A stretch of DNA of 64,000 bases, from NCBI GenBank assembly GCA_051294375.1, contig CM119269.1:14457918-14521917 (forward strand). Reading direction: 5' to 3'. The position numbers and the translations under genes are program-made. Positions 48,568-62,984 of the stretch are shown here, in pieces. The notes beneath the pieces are model-generated. The model was not told the DNA's origin, did not search any database, and worked only from the letters and a program-made list of their open reading frames with translations. The stretch comes from Paraspadella gotoi. Lineage: Eukaryota > Animalia > Chaetognatha. How positions within the stretch are numbered: the first letter of the stretch is position 1; every line of letters begins with the position of its first letter.

Positions 48568-48605
<38 letters not shown>

Positions 48606-49801
48606 AATTCAACTTGTAAAAGGCGATTACGAGCGAGCGATTCGGGGCCGCGTTCCATTCGGTGAAGGCTGAACCCGAGTTTAGGTCTCGCGGTTTAATC
48701 GAGACAGAGACNNNNNNNNNNNNNNNNNNNNNNNNNNNNNNNNNNNNNNNNNNNNNNNNNNNNNNNNNNNNNNNNNNNNNNNNNNNNNNNNNNNNNNNNN
48801 NNNNNNNNNNNNNNNNNNNNNNNNNNNNNNNNNNNNNNNNNNNNNNNNNNNNNNNNNNNNNNNNNAGAGAGTGAGAGTGAGAGAAAGAGAGAGAGAGAGA
48901 GAAGATTGCGGTGACAGAATTAGAGTCGATCCAAGGAAATGAAGACGGTTGAAGAAACCAACATCGATCGAGATGTAAAACATCCACCTGGATTATTAGT
49001 GATTGCGAGTCAATTAAAAACAAAAGAATATAAATCATGTGGCATAGAGCGGCGTCGAGTGGAATCGAGCGACTTCGCACGGCAGCGAGTGGCGTCCAGC
49101 GCTCCTCGCCTGGGTTGTGACAGAGAGAAGTAGGAGAAGGAAAAATGATGAGAGAAAAAGACTTGAGTGAATTGAGATGAGACAATCCGGAGTAAACGGA
49201 AAAGAAAGGAATATAATGAAATANNNNNNNNNNNNNNNNNNNNNNNNNNNNNNNNNNNNNNNNNNNNNNNNNNNNNNNNNNNNNNNNNNNNNNNNNNNNN
49301 NNNNNNNNNNNNNNNNNNNNNNNNNNNNNNNNNNNNNNNNNNNNNNNNNNNNNNNNNNNNNNNNNNNNNNNNNNNNNNNNNNNNNNNNNNNNNNNNNNNN
49401 NNNNNNNNNNNNNNNNNNNNNNNNNNNNNNNNNNNNNNNNNNNNNNNNNNNNNAAGAGAAATCTCTCTCTCGCCGCGGAGATAATAGAAAAGAAGGCGAA
49501 AGGTAGTGACGGTCATCGGTGCGAGATTTACAATTAAGTAACTGTAATTTATAGTTTCTTTCATGTTTTTATAGACTTTTTTAACTTAAAATACTTTTCT
49601 ACGATAAGAATTAAATATCAAATAAAACTATTGTAACCAAATTAAAGAATATTCAGAGAATATGTATAGATTCGGAAAAAAATTCTGAAACAATTACCAA
49701 AATTTATATAATTTGCTTATATAAAACAAAAAGTTACTAAGTTAGAGGTGAAAAAGGGAGGCGAAGAGATATAGTCTATATTATAGAAAAGGAGAGGAGA
49801 A

Positions 49802-49834
<33 letters not shown>

Positions 49835-51431
49835 NNNNNNNNNNNNNNNNNNNNNNNNNNNNNNNNNNNNNNNNNNNNNNNNNNNNNNNNNNNNNNNNNN
49901 NNNNNNNNNNNNNNNNNNNNNNGAGAGAGAGAGAGAGAGAGAGAGTCGGCAGAGGCGGAGAAGGATAAAAAGTATCAAACGCCTCATTTGGTTGTAAATT
50001 GGATTTTCATGATGCGATTCAATCCAGACAATTTTTTTTTCTTTCTTAAACGAAGGTTTTTCTTTCTTTTTTTTTCTGTCCCTTCATTCGATATCTTCCC
50101 CTTATTTTTTTTTCTATTAAGTTTCATTTTGATGTATTTTTTTGTTCACGTTTTTCCTTTTTTTTTCTATTTTCGATTTTTTTTCTCATTTCTGGTGGAT
50201 CCAGTCGGGAATTTTGGCGCGAAAACTCAAATTTGAATCAAGAATCCATCAACAAACAAAATTTCCATGGACGGCAGGGATGGGAGCGGTGACGACGATA
50301 GCGACGACAATAACGACGATTTAAAAGTGACGTCGACAAAGCCAGAGTTATGCTTTAAAAATTAACAGATGAACAAATCCCAATTCTCATGGAAACTAAT
50401 ATTAGGAACCGAATTATGTACATTATAATACTGAAAAAACCAGAAAAATTCCCGCGCTATTTTTATCTCTCTTTCCCTGACACACGCTCTCACTCTCTCT
50501 CTCTCTCGCTCTCTCCCTCTCTCTCTCTCTCTCACTCCCTTCCTCCCCCATTTCCATGATTTATTTGCCCGCCTCCGCATCGAGATATATTCTAACCCAA
50601 CGGAAGTCTAACGGTCAAGGACGAATCGTCGTCGTTATCATCGTCTTTATAGTCGTCGTCGTCCGCCAGATTCTGAAAAGTTTTATTCCGAAAAATATTA
50701 TGGAAATTTGGGGACAAAATTTGCGCATTGCAGATTGGATTAGTAATTGTAAATTAGTATTTAGTCAATACGTAAATGGGGTTTTTCGCTTAATGAAACA
50801 GAGGGTTCTAAAGAAAGTATTTAAATAAATTAAATTAAATTAAACTAAATTTCTCTGAGTAAAACTCCTCTTCTCTTAGCATATAAAATTAGCTGATGCT
50901 GAGTGATGCAGAGACCCAAATCCAAATAGAAAGTAGATTTAATGTAATTTAAAACTGAATTTAAAATTTTAAATCTTTTAATGTAATTTTTTAACCGGGG
51001 AATTTGCCAAAAAAAATCTAATAACATTCATGATTCTGCTAATTTCAAATATGACTTGAAAGTCTCTCTCGTTGTGGTGAATGACTTGAAAAAAGATTTC
51101 GATATCATTATCTCCAGTTATAAATCTCGTCCTCATCGCTTGTGATATATCACCAGTCTGTCATAAACTTTCTCTCTTCGCTCTTCATTTCTCATTTTTC
51201 ATCGCAAAAATCGCCCGGTTTTTTACGCAAGGTTTTAAAATATCTGTTTGTTCTTTGATATGTAATGATAAAATTGAATTATAAAGTAATTTACATAAAA
51301 GGCCGCAGTTCCGTCCTTAGTTTTAAAGTAAAAAAAAAATTATAAAAAGAAGAATTTCCTAGAGTAAAGAATACTCTGGAAATGTTTAAACGCAAAATGT
51401 TATAAAAAAGGAATAAATTGCCGATGAAATC

Positions 51432-51579
<148 letters not shown>

Positions 51580-52091
51580 CAGAGCGAGATACTGAGAGTG
51601 AGAGAAACAGAGAGACAGAGCGAGAGAGAGTGGAAGAAAGTAATTGATTTTCCTATTAAAGGATAATTACTTTCCATCATAACGCGAAAAGAAAAAAAAA
51701 TTGAATTATGCGTGTAATGAACTCGTCGCGCCGACGGAAAAGTCCCGCTTTATATTTACTCTTGTCATTAGTTAATCGTTCTATCATTATCGGAAAAATT
51801 TAATTTTTTATTTATTTTTTTTTTATTATTATTTATTTTATTGTCCAAAATCGTTCTTGAGTAAAAAGGGCATTTTGGTCAAAGCGTTCTTGTTTAATCT
51901 TGTTTCAATCCTAAAATGTTAATTTAATGTTTATTTACTTAAAAAATCCGAAAACTTTCATTACTATTTTTTCACCCGCTATACTAAAAGGATAAATATT
52001 GTTAAAAAAGCAAAACAAATTCAAGAATCAAGATTGTTGACCCTGATTACTGCGGCCGGCTTTGAAGCGTGTCCCGGTGCAAAGGATAGAG

Positions 52092-52139
<48 letters not shown>

Positions 52140-52581
52140 GCGGTGTTTGTTGTGAGAGGGAGGCGAAGGAAGTTGGAATCCAAACCTGGTTTTCGTCCCA
52201 TTTGGATGCAATCGTCCTCAAAAATGCATTAAGTCCACATCCATCATCCTGAGACGACGACGACGACGACAATGACGACGATGACGATGACGATTATGAC
52301 GACGACCTGAATTATGATGACGATGAAAATAAGGCCATGAGGTTTTTATAACTGTCAAAAAATATAGATGATGACAAAGAACCTCCATCGTCAGCGACAA
52401 CGATGATGACAACGATGAGACGACGACGATGACAACCACGCCGATAACGACGAAAACAGCGACGATGATAACGACGATGACAACGACGAAAACGACGCTG
52501 TGGCCGCCGACGGCAACATCACGTCGTCACCGGAACTATTTTAATCCTTCTTTCTCACGAAAAAAACGCTAAAGAGAGAGC

Positions 52582-52624
<43 letters not shown>

Positions 52625-54083
52625 GGTGAGAGTAGAGATGAGAGAGGACGTTACTGGAGACTGAGAGAGAGAGACTGCTCCGTGAAATAGCATGGTCTAC
52701 TCAGTCCCATAGACTCGAGGCAATTCCATTGTGATTCCGTAATTCCATCTAAAGCCCCGAGAAATCTGTATGCGCCTCGCGGTCTTAACGGGCGCAGTTC
52801 GCAGTTCAGAATTACGGACGTAGGGACGGACAGAGGGACGGAGGGACGGAGGGACGGACAGAGGGAAGAAATGATGACGCAGGGTTGTTGTTCAGCGAGT
52901 CCTCGACCAAGAGACGCCGCTACGATATTGGAACCACGCGTTGGGATTACCAACTGGGCCAGGCCACGCCTTCACTTTTCACAACCGCTCACTGGTTGAC
53001 AGTTTTTTTTTTCGTCATCTGAACCGCTCAGCGCCATTTTACGTCAATTCCACGCCAATTCCGCGCCAGACCTGCTTCGCTCACGGAAAAGCGTAATGGA
53101 ATGAAATGTGCGAAAAAGGTGAAGACCTGACGCAGACGCGAGACAAATCTCGGTAGAGGGCGACGCAGCAAGCGGACCACCCGGTTGGGCGCGGGAGAAT
53201 AACTGCCCAAGAGACTGGAATGAGACGAGAACGGCGGGGACGTGATGATCGGAGGTATGATAAGATGTTGTTGTAGTCGGATATGTGTGATTGTGTTTTA
53301 TCGCAATTCTCATAGGACAAATATCTTCGGTGTACTAAATAATCATGTGATTTGTATGAACAATATAATCTGTAATATAATCATATTAATAAAAGTCTCA
53401 ATATAAGATAATACAAACAAANNNNNNNNNNNNNNNNNNNNNNNNNNNNNNNNNNNNNNNNNNNNNNNNNNNNNNNNNNNNNNNNNNNNNNNNNNNNNNN
53501 NNNNNNNNNNNNNNNNNNNNNNNNNNNNNNNNNNNNNNNNNNNNNNNNNNNNNNNNNNNNNNNNNNNNNNNNNNNNNNNNNNNNNNNNNNNNNNNNNNNN
53601 NNNNNNNNNNNNNNNNNNNNNNNNNNNNNNNNNNNNNNNNNNNNNNNNNNNNNNNNNNNNNNNNNNNNNNNNNNNNNNNNNNNNNNNNNNNNNNNNNNNN
53701 NNNNNNNNNNNNNNNNNNNNNNNNNNNNNNNNNNNNNNNNNNNNNNNNNNNNNNNNNNNNNNNNNNNNNNNNNNNNNNNNNNNNNNNNNNNNNNNNNNNN
53801 NNNNNNNNNNNNNNNNNNNNNNNNNNNNNNNNNNNNNNNNNNNNNNNNNNNNNNNNNNNNNNNNNNNNNNNNNNNNNNNNNNNNNNNNNNNNNNNNNNNN
53901 NNNNNNNNNNNNNNNNNNNNNNNNNNNNNNNNNNNNNNNNNNNNNNNNNNNNNNNNNNNNNNNNNNNNNNNCAGTCTTTGAAAGCGAAGGTTAGAAATTT
54001 AACAACTTCGAAGATTTTTAAAAGATTTTAAAAGTCGCATTTATGTCGTAAACGTTCTCACCTTTGACTCACTTTTTCCTATG

Positions 54084-54124
<41 letters not shown>

Positions 54125-54286
54125 AACACCGATTCTCATCAATCTCAGTTCAATATACCTCAAATAGGTTTAAATATCTTTTCGGTAATTGACAAATCGA
54201 CCATTAAATGACTTTCAAATCATCAAAAGAATCATGCTTTGTTACATAATGAAAAACGTACATTTATAATATTATAAAGATCCAAA

Positions 54287-54430
54287 ATGTCCGTCTGGTC
54301 AACAATAACATCCCCATTTTTTTTTCTCCCTTCATCTTCAGGCGTCGTCTCCCTTTTGACTTGGTTGGGCGAAGGCTATCTCAACTACCCGTCATTTAAC
54401 GGAGCCGTCGACTGCGTCTTGGCCTTGAAG
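54287..54430 (+). CDS. GAS1/GFRalpha-like exon 1 (putative signal peptide end and first Cys)
   Basis: There is an in-frame caaaATG at 54287, or alternatively the acceptor ttcag|GC at 54342. It encodes GVVSLLTWLGEGYLNYPSFNGAVDCVLALK. The donor is AAG|gcgagt. Confidence 0.7.
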
Positions 54431-57400
54431 GCGAGTTACCTTCTCCCCTTCTTTTTCTTTCTTTCTTTCTTCTTTCTTTCTTTCTGATTTTTTTTTTTTC
54501 CCGCCCTTCAGTCTTTTACGATCGTCGCGACTAATTAATCGTCCATTATGCAAATTTGCGTACTATGGGCGATTTAAGGGGAAGGGAGAGAGATAGGAAG
54601 ATCGTTAACGAATTTGTACAGAAAAAAAAAAACAATTATGGTAAAAAAAAAAAAAAGAAGCCATTTGTAATTTTTCAGTGAGAAACCGTACCTTGAGAAA
54701 ATGATAAATTGGGACGACTTACCACAGACCTTACCTCTCTCTCTCTCTTTTCTCGGGTCGAATAAATGAAAATGTAAATAAATCTCTCGGAAAGGGATTT
54801 TTAACTATTTTTTTTTTAACGTGAGATTTTTTTCAAAATTTATGGTCACAGAATTTTTCTTGTTCCAGGTGTGTCGGACGAGATCAGCTTGCGACCATTC
54901 TTACAATATGTTGCCAGCCATCTGCTTGCAAGAAGGTGAGCCAACGGGATAAGATTGAAAAAAAGTTTTACGATATTGTAAGACCAAAGGAATATTTAAT
55001 GAGATAATGCCGTCCCATTTTTTTTTTAATCTATCCCCATTATGTATCGCTAGCGGAATGTACGATTCTACTTGTAGTCTCATCCCGTAACAGTAATGAA
55101 TCATATACAACCTTAATCTCAAAACAAACTCTCAACTAAAATAAATGACTTCCTTACCAAAAAGACATTTTTAATATCGAGTTAATTTCTATTTCCCATA
55201 GACAAAACTAACGAATATATTTTTAAAAAACTAATTAAATTCAATATTTTTGAAACCATATTTACCTTTTCATATTTTTTTTTCTTACAAATTGTAATCT
55301 TGCAATTTTCATAAACTCATCTCTTTTAGCCGGAGTCTGCAAAGCGACGGATCTCCAACGCTGCAATCTCTACCTGAAGACGATGCAGACGGACCCCATG
55401 TTGCGGCCTTGCTTCTGCAATCAGTCCGCCGGCGACAACAACTTCAAAGAATGTCTCAGGATAAGAAGGATGCTCTTTCAAAACACCTGTTGGAACCAAG
55501 AGATCGCCGGTGAGTCTGGTATTCTATTCCTTGGTGATTGCAGTCATTGGTGTTATTTTTGTCGTTATTGTCAATCTCCCAGTTTGGTTTTCCTCGATGT
55601 TATTTTCCGTTTTGTTTATGTTATTGGCCTCGTAACTTTGTTCCTCGCAGATGCGGTTTTTGCGCAAAAGCAAAACTTGGACGCCAACGCGATGGAACAA
55701 AAGGCCAAGCAAAGAGTGACGCCAACTGGTGAGATTTTTCATCGTTGTTATCATCATCATCATTATTCTTACCAACATTGTCATTATCATCGTCATCATA
55801 ATCCTCTTTGGTATTTTATTTTGTTTTTTTTTTAAACTTGTTATCATGAAATGGTATGACTAATTTTTTTTTCGTCAGATAAATAACAAATACATTTTTT
55901 TTTTTTACTAAAGTAGTACGTATAGAGATTTTTTGAAGTTTTGCTCATAAAACTACATCTCGCTCTTTGATTTTTTTTTTATTATAATTTTTTTTAATAC
56001 AAATTTTTTTCGGTTATATCGTAACAAATTTGAAAAACCTTCGAGCCTCCTTTTTCCTCCCGCCTTCGATCGCGAGATATTTTTAAAGTCAGGCCCAAGG
56101 CTGAGAAACATTTCGAATCCTTTGGCGACCCTGACGTCGCGTCTGGTTTATCATTATTTATTCAATTTTTTTATCGGGCATCGCTCCAGAAGCCATTTTC
56201 AATTTTCCATATTTCCACATTCACTTTTCTTCCTAGAAAGATATTCTGTTAACTCTCGTCGGGTCAGTAACTGAGTTGACCTGTTCTGACCGGTTCTGTA
56301 AACGTTTGTAGATAAGGGGCTAAGTGGGCTGCAGACTACTTACAGTAACTTCTGTGTCCCATCAGCAGCAATGGAACGGGTCCTGGGTTCGAACCAGGAT
56401 TTTTCCAAATCCCAAGGCGGTTTACCGCCGTCGTTACGCTTTGCTCATGGTGGGTACCGGGTTGGGATTAAACCAGAGATAGGCGGACGGAGGAAGGAGC
56501 AGGGCGTCAACCTGGAGGTCTTTTTGAACAATCAGGCAGTGTGCGGTAGCTAGTGGTCTTGAGATAAATGGCTTTACTCAATGAGCCACAGGGTCACGAC
56601 TGAAGGTGTCATGCTTATAGGCGGGGTGAAGTTATTCAATGCCCGGCTTTCGTTTGGTCTGAAACCCCGTATATTAGTCATTCGAATTGATTACTTTCTT
56701 TAGAAAAGATCGGCCGCCAGACACTTAATTTTGCTCAATGTTATAGCAAGTTTTTTTTAGAGGCCGTCGCATCGAACCCTCGACTTCTTCACCCTCGATG
56801 TGAACATTTCACGCTCGATCTCACCCCAAAGTCCTCTTTCACCCCCAACCAAACAGGACGCCCTCCGCCCAAACCCCCGCGGGGAAACGTTCTGCCCTCC
56901 TGCTCCACCCACTTTACCGACTGCATAAAGAGCGATCGATGCAGACAAATCTTCATCAACTACAGACGATACTGCAAATGGAAGCACAACAAGTGCATTC
57001 ACAAGACCAAGTGAGTGAGGGAAAAGGACGGGGGGTGGAATCGGTTGTCTTTGCTTGTTTCGTCTTTACAATTATGAGCAACAAATAAATAAAAGTACCA
57101 AAAAAAAAAAAAAAATTGATGAAGATACATATAAATCTGACAAACTTTGATGAAGACAAAAATTAATTAAGATTGAAGACATAAATTAATGAAGATTGAA
57201 ATGCATCAAAACAAAACTGACTGACGACAGAAACAAACACATTAATAAATTAAGACGGACTTGAATGAATATAGAATTGAACGAAGACCGAAATTAATGA
57301 AAACAAAAACATCAAGGAAAACAGAATTAATAAGAAAATGTATAAAGAACAAATGGTAGCCAAAAAAATATACAAACGTATTTTAATACACGATCTCGCT

Positions 57401-57688
57401 CAAACCCTCATACCGATTTTTCTTTTCCTCATTTATGATTTGCATTCGCCAATCCCAATTTGCATTCGCCAATCCCAATTCTCAACCGTCCACTCATTTC
57501 CTTTTTCAACCACAATCGCCCCCCGCAGATACCAATGCGCTCTTGCTCACCGCGAGTTGCAAACGACGGGACTGAGCAACTGCACCTGTCCCCTGAATCA
57601 GAAGGGCGACGTCAGCGGAAGGTGCGACCGACTTCAGTTCAAATTCGTCTTCAATCCTTGCCTTGGTAAGAACGACTATCTCTCTCTT

Positions 57689-57728
<40 letters not shown>

Positions 57729-57732
57729 TCTC

Positions 57733-57770
<38 letters not shown>

Positions 57771-59877
57771 CTCAATATTATCTCATTTCCGCAGAGGTTT
57801 TCAAATTTTTTTCAACGGAAACGAGATTATCATTATATTTTTTTTTCTGGGTTTTTCGAAATGTCTGCTTCATTAAATAATCAGAAAGAGTTTTGAGCAT
57901 TAGCGAAGGAATCGATAGCAGCGTGTTTCATGGGATCAAAAATGGTTGGGAAGTTGAACGTTGGGATTTTTAGTAGTTTGGTCGGCCGTTATGACAGTAC
58001 CTATGACAGTACAAAAAAAAGTGTACATTGTACAAGTTGGAAGAAAATGGGAGGAAAAAATCCAAGATTCAACTGAAACCGTGGCATAAGTATTAGGTAT
58101 TGAGTATTTAGTATTGAGTATTGAGTATTGAAATATATCATTCATTAAGTATCAGGCTTTTAACCACAATCACAATCTGAAAAAAAAAAATAAATAAACT
58201 TGTTACGATGGCGGTGCCAGTCTCCATTAGCACCTTATCAGTTACCGTATGAAACTTTGGCGACGCCAAGATTTCCCCCATTCGCGTCGCTACGACGCGG
58301 CGCCACGACGTTTGGGCGCCGCTTCCCCTTTCTCCGCCCTTTTCTTTTCCCTCGACGAGAAGTGGAAAAAGGAGGCAGTTTTAAAGGGTAAGAGATTGAT
58401 GGAAAGACCGTGTGACGTCGTGACGATAACAAATGCGCGTCGAGTCTAAGTAATAAAGATTCGATTCGGGGGGAGAAAAAGGACCCGAAATCCCCGAGGG
58501 GCCTGCGCCCCGCCCAACCCCGCCCCGTCGTCAGGGCGCCGCCGCCTTTGTTGGGCCGCCGACTCTTATTCACGGCGTTCAACAGTTATTTCGTCCTTTT
58601 ATCGTTGGAGCCGATTTTCTGTTTGGGAGCGAATTAGGTTTTCGGCTTCTTTTATCGGAGCTGCTCTTTATTTGATCGATTTGATCCAGATCCTGTATTT
58701 AATTAATTATTGATGTAATTATTTATTTTCTAACTTATTAATGTATTTACCAATTGATATTTTTTATTGAAGACAAAAATTTTTATGGATTTATTCATTA
58801 ATTCATTTTTTTACATTTTTTTTTTCATTTTGCTTTTTTCGGGCCGCCCTTGTCCAGTTAAGCCTTCCTGCCGTCTGGCTTCGTTGGCCTGTCTTTCCCC
58901 TGTTGGGCCTTCCTCTCGTCTTTGGGCCTCCCATCGTCTCCCTCTCCTGGTTTCTTTCCTCGTTTATTCTTTGTTTGGATTCATGATTTATTTAAAGGAG
59001 AAAAAGAGGAGAAAACACATCGTTATTGGAATTTTCCTTGTCGGTCCCAATATAAGGCGGAGTCGTGTCTCGACGAGAGAAATTGAAAATCTAAGGGTTG
59101 TTTGCAATTTTTTTGTTTTTTAAGTATAAAATTGAAGCCTAGTGCTCTTAGAGTTAACAATTTAAACTGTGAGACTGGATCTTGTTAAAATCTTGTAAGA
59201 GGGTTGCAAGCCACCATAGCCTGTCCAAAGTCAGGGGCAAGATAGCTTCTTCATTGTTTATTGACTGAATTAATAATTTTTACATTAGTTGTACCAATTT
59301 CATCAAAAAATATTTTTGGCTTTTAGATGGATGATATGATGATATAAAAATAAAAAGAGAAATAAATTGGGTATATTCATACAAACAATGACGACGACAA
59401 CGACGACGACTTCAACGCAACTTTCGTTTTATCTGTTCAATGAGTGGAATTGGTCTGACTGCCTCATTCGATAGCTCGTCAGTTGTCAACAACCGCGTCT
59501 TTTTCTCTCGTCGTCACATTTTTTAGGTTCACCGACCTTTTAGAGACGTAATTCTATCACGACAACAATTTTAAATACGAAGGCCCAACTACTAATTTTT
59601 CTCCCACATAAGCGAAATTAACCAAATTACGAGGCTTTCTCTTTCCTCGTATATAACGATGACAAATTTCGTCATAAAGGTCGAATTTCCTCTATATTTT
59701 TTCTCTCAGATCACGTGACCGACATATCAATTCCCGAATCCGTGATACAAAAATTCTACAAAGAAGAAAAAGAAGAGAAAAAATCTAAGAAGACGAAAGA
59801 GAAAAAAGAAGAAGAAGAAGAATTTGCAAAGGATCTCGAAGGGGTGAGGCTTACTAACTTTCTCTCTCTCTCACTCT

Positions 59878-59927
<50 letters not shown>

Positions 59928-60953
59928 ATCTCTCTCTTCTCTCTCTCTCTCTCTCTCTCTCTTTTTCCGTCTGGTTGTCCGTCTGTCTCTCTCACTTCGT
60001 TTTCCCGCTATTTGCCTCAGTTTCGATTTTCCATGCTTCCGCCCTTATCTGCCCCCCCACCCATTACCTTATCTTTTAATTTCACCACTTTCTTTTATTA
60101 TTATTATTATTATCATTTATTATATTATTATTACCTTTCCCTTCCCCCATACACCGTTAATCGTATCCTCGTATCGATTTTGACGGATAAGTTTTTTTAG
60201 TTTAAACCAAAAAACGAATACTTTGTTCCCCGGAAAGAAGAAAAAAAAATGCTCTACAGAAAAGGGTATAATATCGAGTCTCAGATATCGGAAAAATAAT
60301 TACGATTTTTTTAAAGGGAAAAAAAATTATAATTTTTTTCTTTCACTAATATCAAGGTTGAGCTTTTAGTTGCTGACCGATACTAGCGACTTTATAAATG
60401 AAATAAGTAAACGAAATATTTATTTTCATAAAAAAGTTAAAAAAGACACATTCACCATGAAATACATTCAAAGCGAAACGCTCGTTCTTTTAATCAGCAT
60501 TAAACCAATAACCAGTCCATAGTCGAAGCCCTACGTCCACACATTGCTTGCTCCTCAAACAAAAGAGCGACGCTTTTAAATGGTGTGCTTATTACTTGCG
60601 TAATGACAAAAAAAAAATATGAAATTATAAAACTAAAGCTACCTTTAAATACATTTCAGACTGCAACGATGAGACAATTTTGCTTGTAACAAGTCCCTTC
60701 CCCCCCTACTCCGTATCACGCTCGCACATTCCCGATCAGCCCGTGAGGCCTCTTTATAAAATTTAATAGCGATCCATCGCGTCTTTATAGATTTTCATTA
60801 TTGCGCCTGCGCAGAGCAACTTCGCCCTCGTTTAGTTTTACGAGTATCGCTTTATTCTTTAATCCCTTTAAATATTATTTCATCCCGCGTTACTCTCAGC
60901 CCTCCTTCCCTTCAACCCTTTGAATTCAACCGTGGAATAGAGCAAAGCTGGGG

Positions 60954-60997
<44 letters not shown>

Positions 60998-62944
60998 AGT
61001 CCCTTTCATTTTCTTTCTCTCTCTCGCTGTCTCTTTCATACCCAAGCCCGATTAATCGCCCCATAATGGGTCCGCTAGTGATTATCGCTCAAACCCGTAT
61101 TTCCTGGCGTAATAATATTATGCGCCACCAGATTTGCTCCCCCTTTTTCTTTCTTTTTTTTCTTTTTTTTTCTCTCCTCTTCCTCTCTTTCTTTTTCATT
61201 AATTATCAGTTAATGTCCTCGCTACAACGTAACACCTGCTTCCAAATTCCCATTTACGAATGAAAACTTTAGCTCGAAATTTTGTTTTCACTTTTCTAAA
61301 TACCTATGTTACATTCGTATATTTTTATCATTTTTTTATCTCAAAATTTAAAAGGCATTTTTACATAGACCTAATTACTATCTATAAATTATAGTATTTC
61401 AAAATCATTTATAAATAAATTCATTTATATATAATAACTAAATAATTAAAATTAAACATTTACCGTTCATAATTCGATAATCTTCTGCGAAATTTTTCCC
61501 AAAAAAAAGTAGGCAACCTTTTAATGTACTAAAACGATGTAGAAAATATTCAAATGAGCAGAATATGATATTCACGATCATTTAGAACTCAATTTTTTAC
61601 ATTACCGAAACCATTAAAGTTTCTGAACGATATTAATGCGGAAAATACCGTCGTCAGAGCGTATTTTTTTTCACTTAGTTTTTTCTTCTCTGACACGCAT
61701 CGTTTGTGATAAATGGTTTCAGTTTTCTTTCTAATGGTTTCATTTTTTTTTTGTTTTCGTTTTTCCCCTTAAAACAACAACAACAACACTGCCCCCCCTC
61801 TTTTGTCCCAACCCCTTTCTTCCCCCGCATGCCTTTGATTCCGATGCCATCCTTCCAATTACTCCTCCCCCCGCAAATTCAATCATTGCTGCCACAACCA
61901 TTCGTTTGCTGCCACTTCACCACTTGCATTCAACCACCATACTTCTCCCTCGCAACATCCCGATCATTTCGACCCCTCGCCGCCGCCGCCGCCGCCGCCG
62001 CCGCCATCTTCAGCACTTTCACATGAACATCGGCGGCCCCCGCGGCGGACGTTTCGCCGCCAATCCTTCTACGCCATCTCCTGGCGGCGTCGTCGTCCTT
62101 CCATGGTATCTCCTCAACGAGGACGACGGCCACCGGATCAGGCATCCGTTCGCCCACGCCGCTTCCGGACGAGCGCGACCGGTAGCGCCGCCGCCGGAAG
62201 CGGAAGGGTCGGGAGCGGAAGCTGAGGGTTCAGCAGCGGAACCTGAGGGTTCAGGAGCGGAAGCGGAGGGCTCTGGAGCGGAAGCGGACGGTTCAGCAGC
62301 GGAGGTTGACGGGTCAGGAGAGGACGGGTCTGGATCAGAAACCCAGAATGAGCAGGAGTCTGGAGAAGATGAGTCGGAAGCCGATCGTCTTGCACCGGAT
62401 AAGTCGGAAGCCAATCGCCCTGTACAGGATAAGTCGGAAGCCAATCGCCCTGTACAGGATGAGTCAGAAGCCGATCGCCCTCCACTCGATGAGTCGAAAG
62501 CCAATCGCTTGGCACCGGATAGATCGGAATCCAATCGCCCTGTACAGGATGAGTCAGAAGCCGATCGCTCGGCACCAGATAAGTCAGGAACGGAATCGCA
62601 CAAAGCGGCAGGAACTGAAACGACGTCGGTAGATTCAAAAACGGGTGCATGGGAAGCGGAAGTGACTTCAGTCTCTGGATTAGAAAACTCACAAACGACG
62701 CATTCTCCAAAATTGGCCAATCACAGCGCGACTACTTACCCCTCAGCCAATCGCTACGTAGAAAACGATGACCGGGAAAACGAAAGTCTCAAAATGGTCG
62801 AAAAGTTCGACGGCGAAAGAAACAGCGACGAAATCGTCGAAAACAGTGACGACAATCACAGAAACAGTGACCGCAATGACGATTCGAACCACGAAAACAA
62901 ATACGGAAAAGAAAACGACGACAATATCACGGAGAACGACCGAT

Positions 62945-62984
<40 letters not shown>

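Noticed and set aside
46068-49987. ORFs containing X runs
   Set aside because: They are open only because they cross N gaps.
56310-56400. Functional tRNA gene
   Set aside because: Only A/B boxes and a T-arm are present; I could not build an acceptor stem or anticodon arm.
60660-60742. Extra exon tttcag|ACTGCAAC...CCC|gtgagg in the GAS1-like gene
   Set aside because: The phase-0 reading required by its neighbours hits a stop (TAA) after 9 codons.
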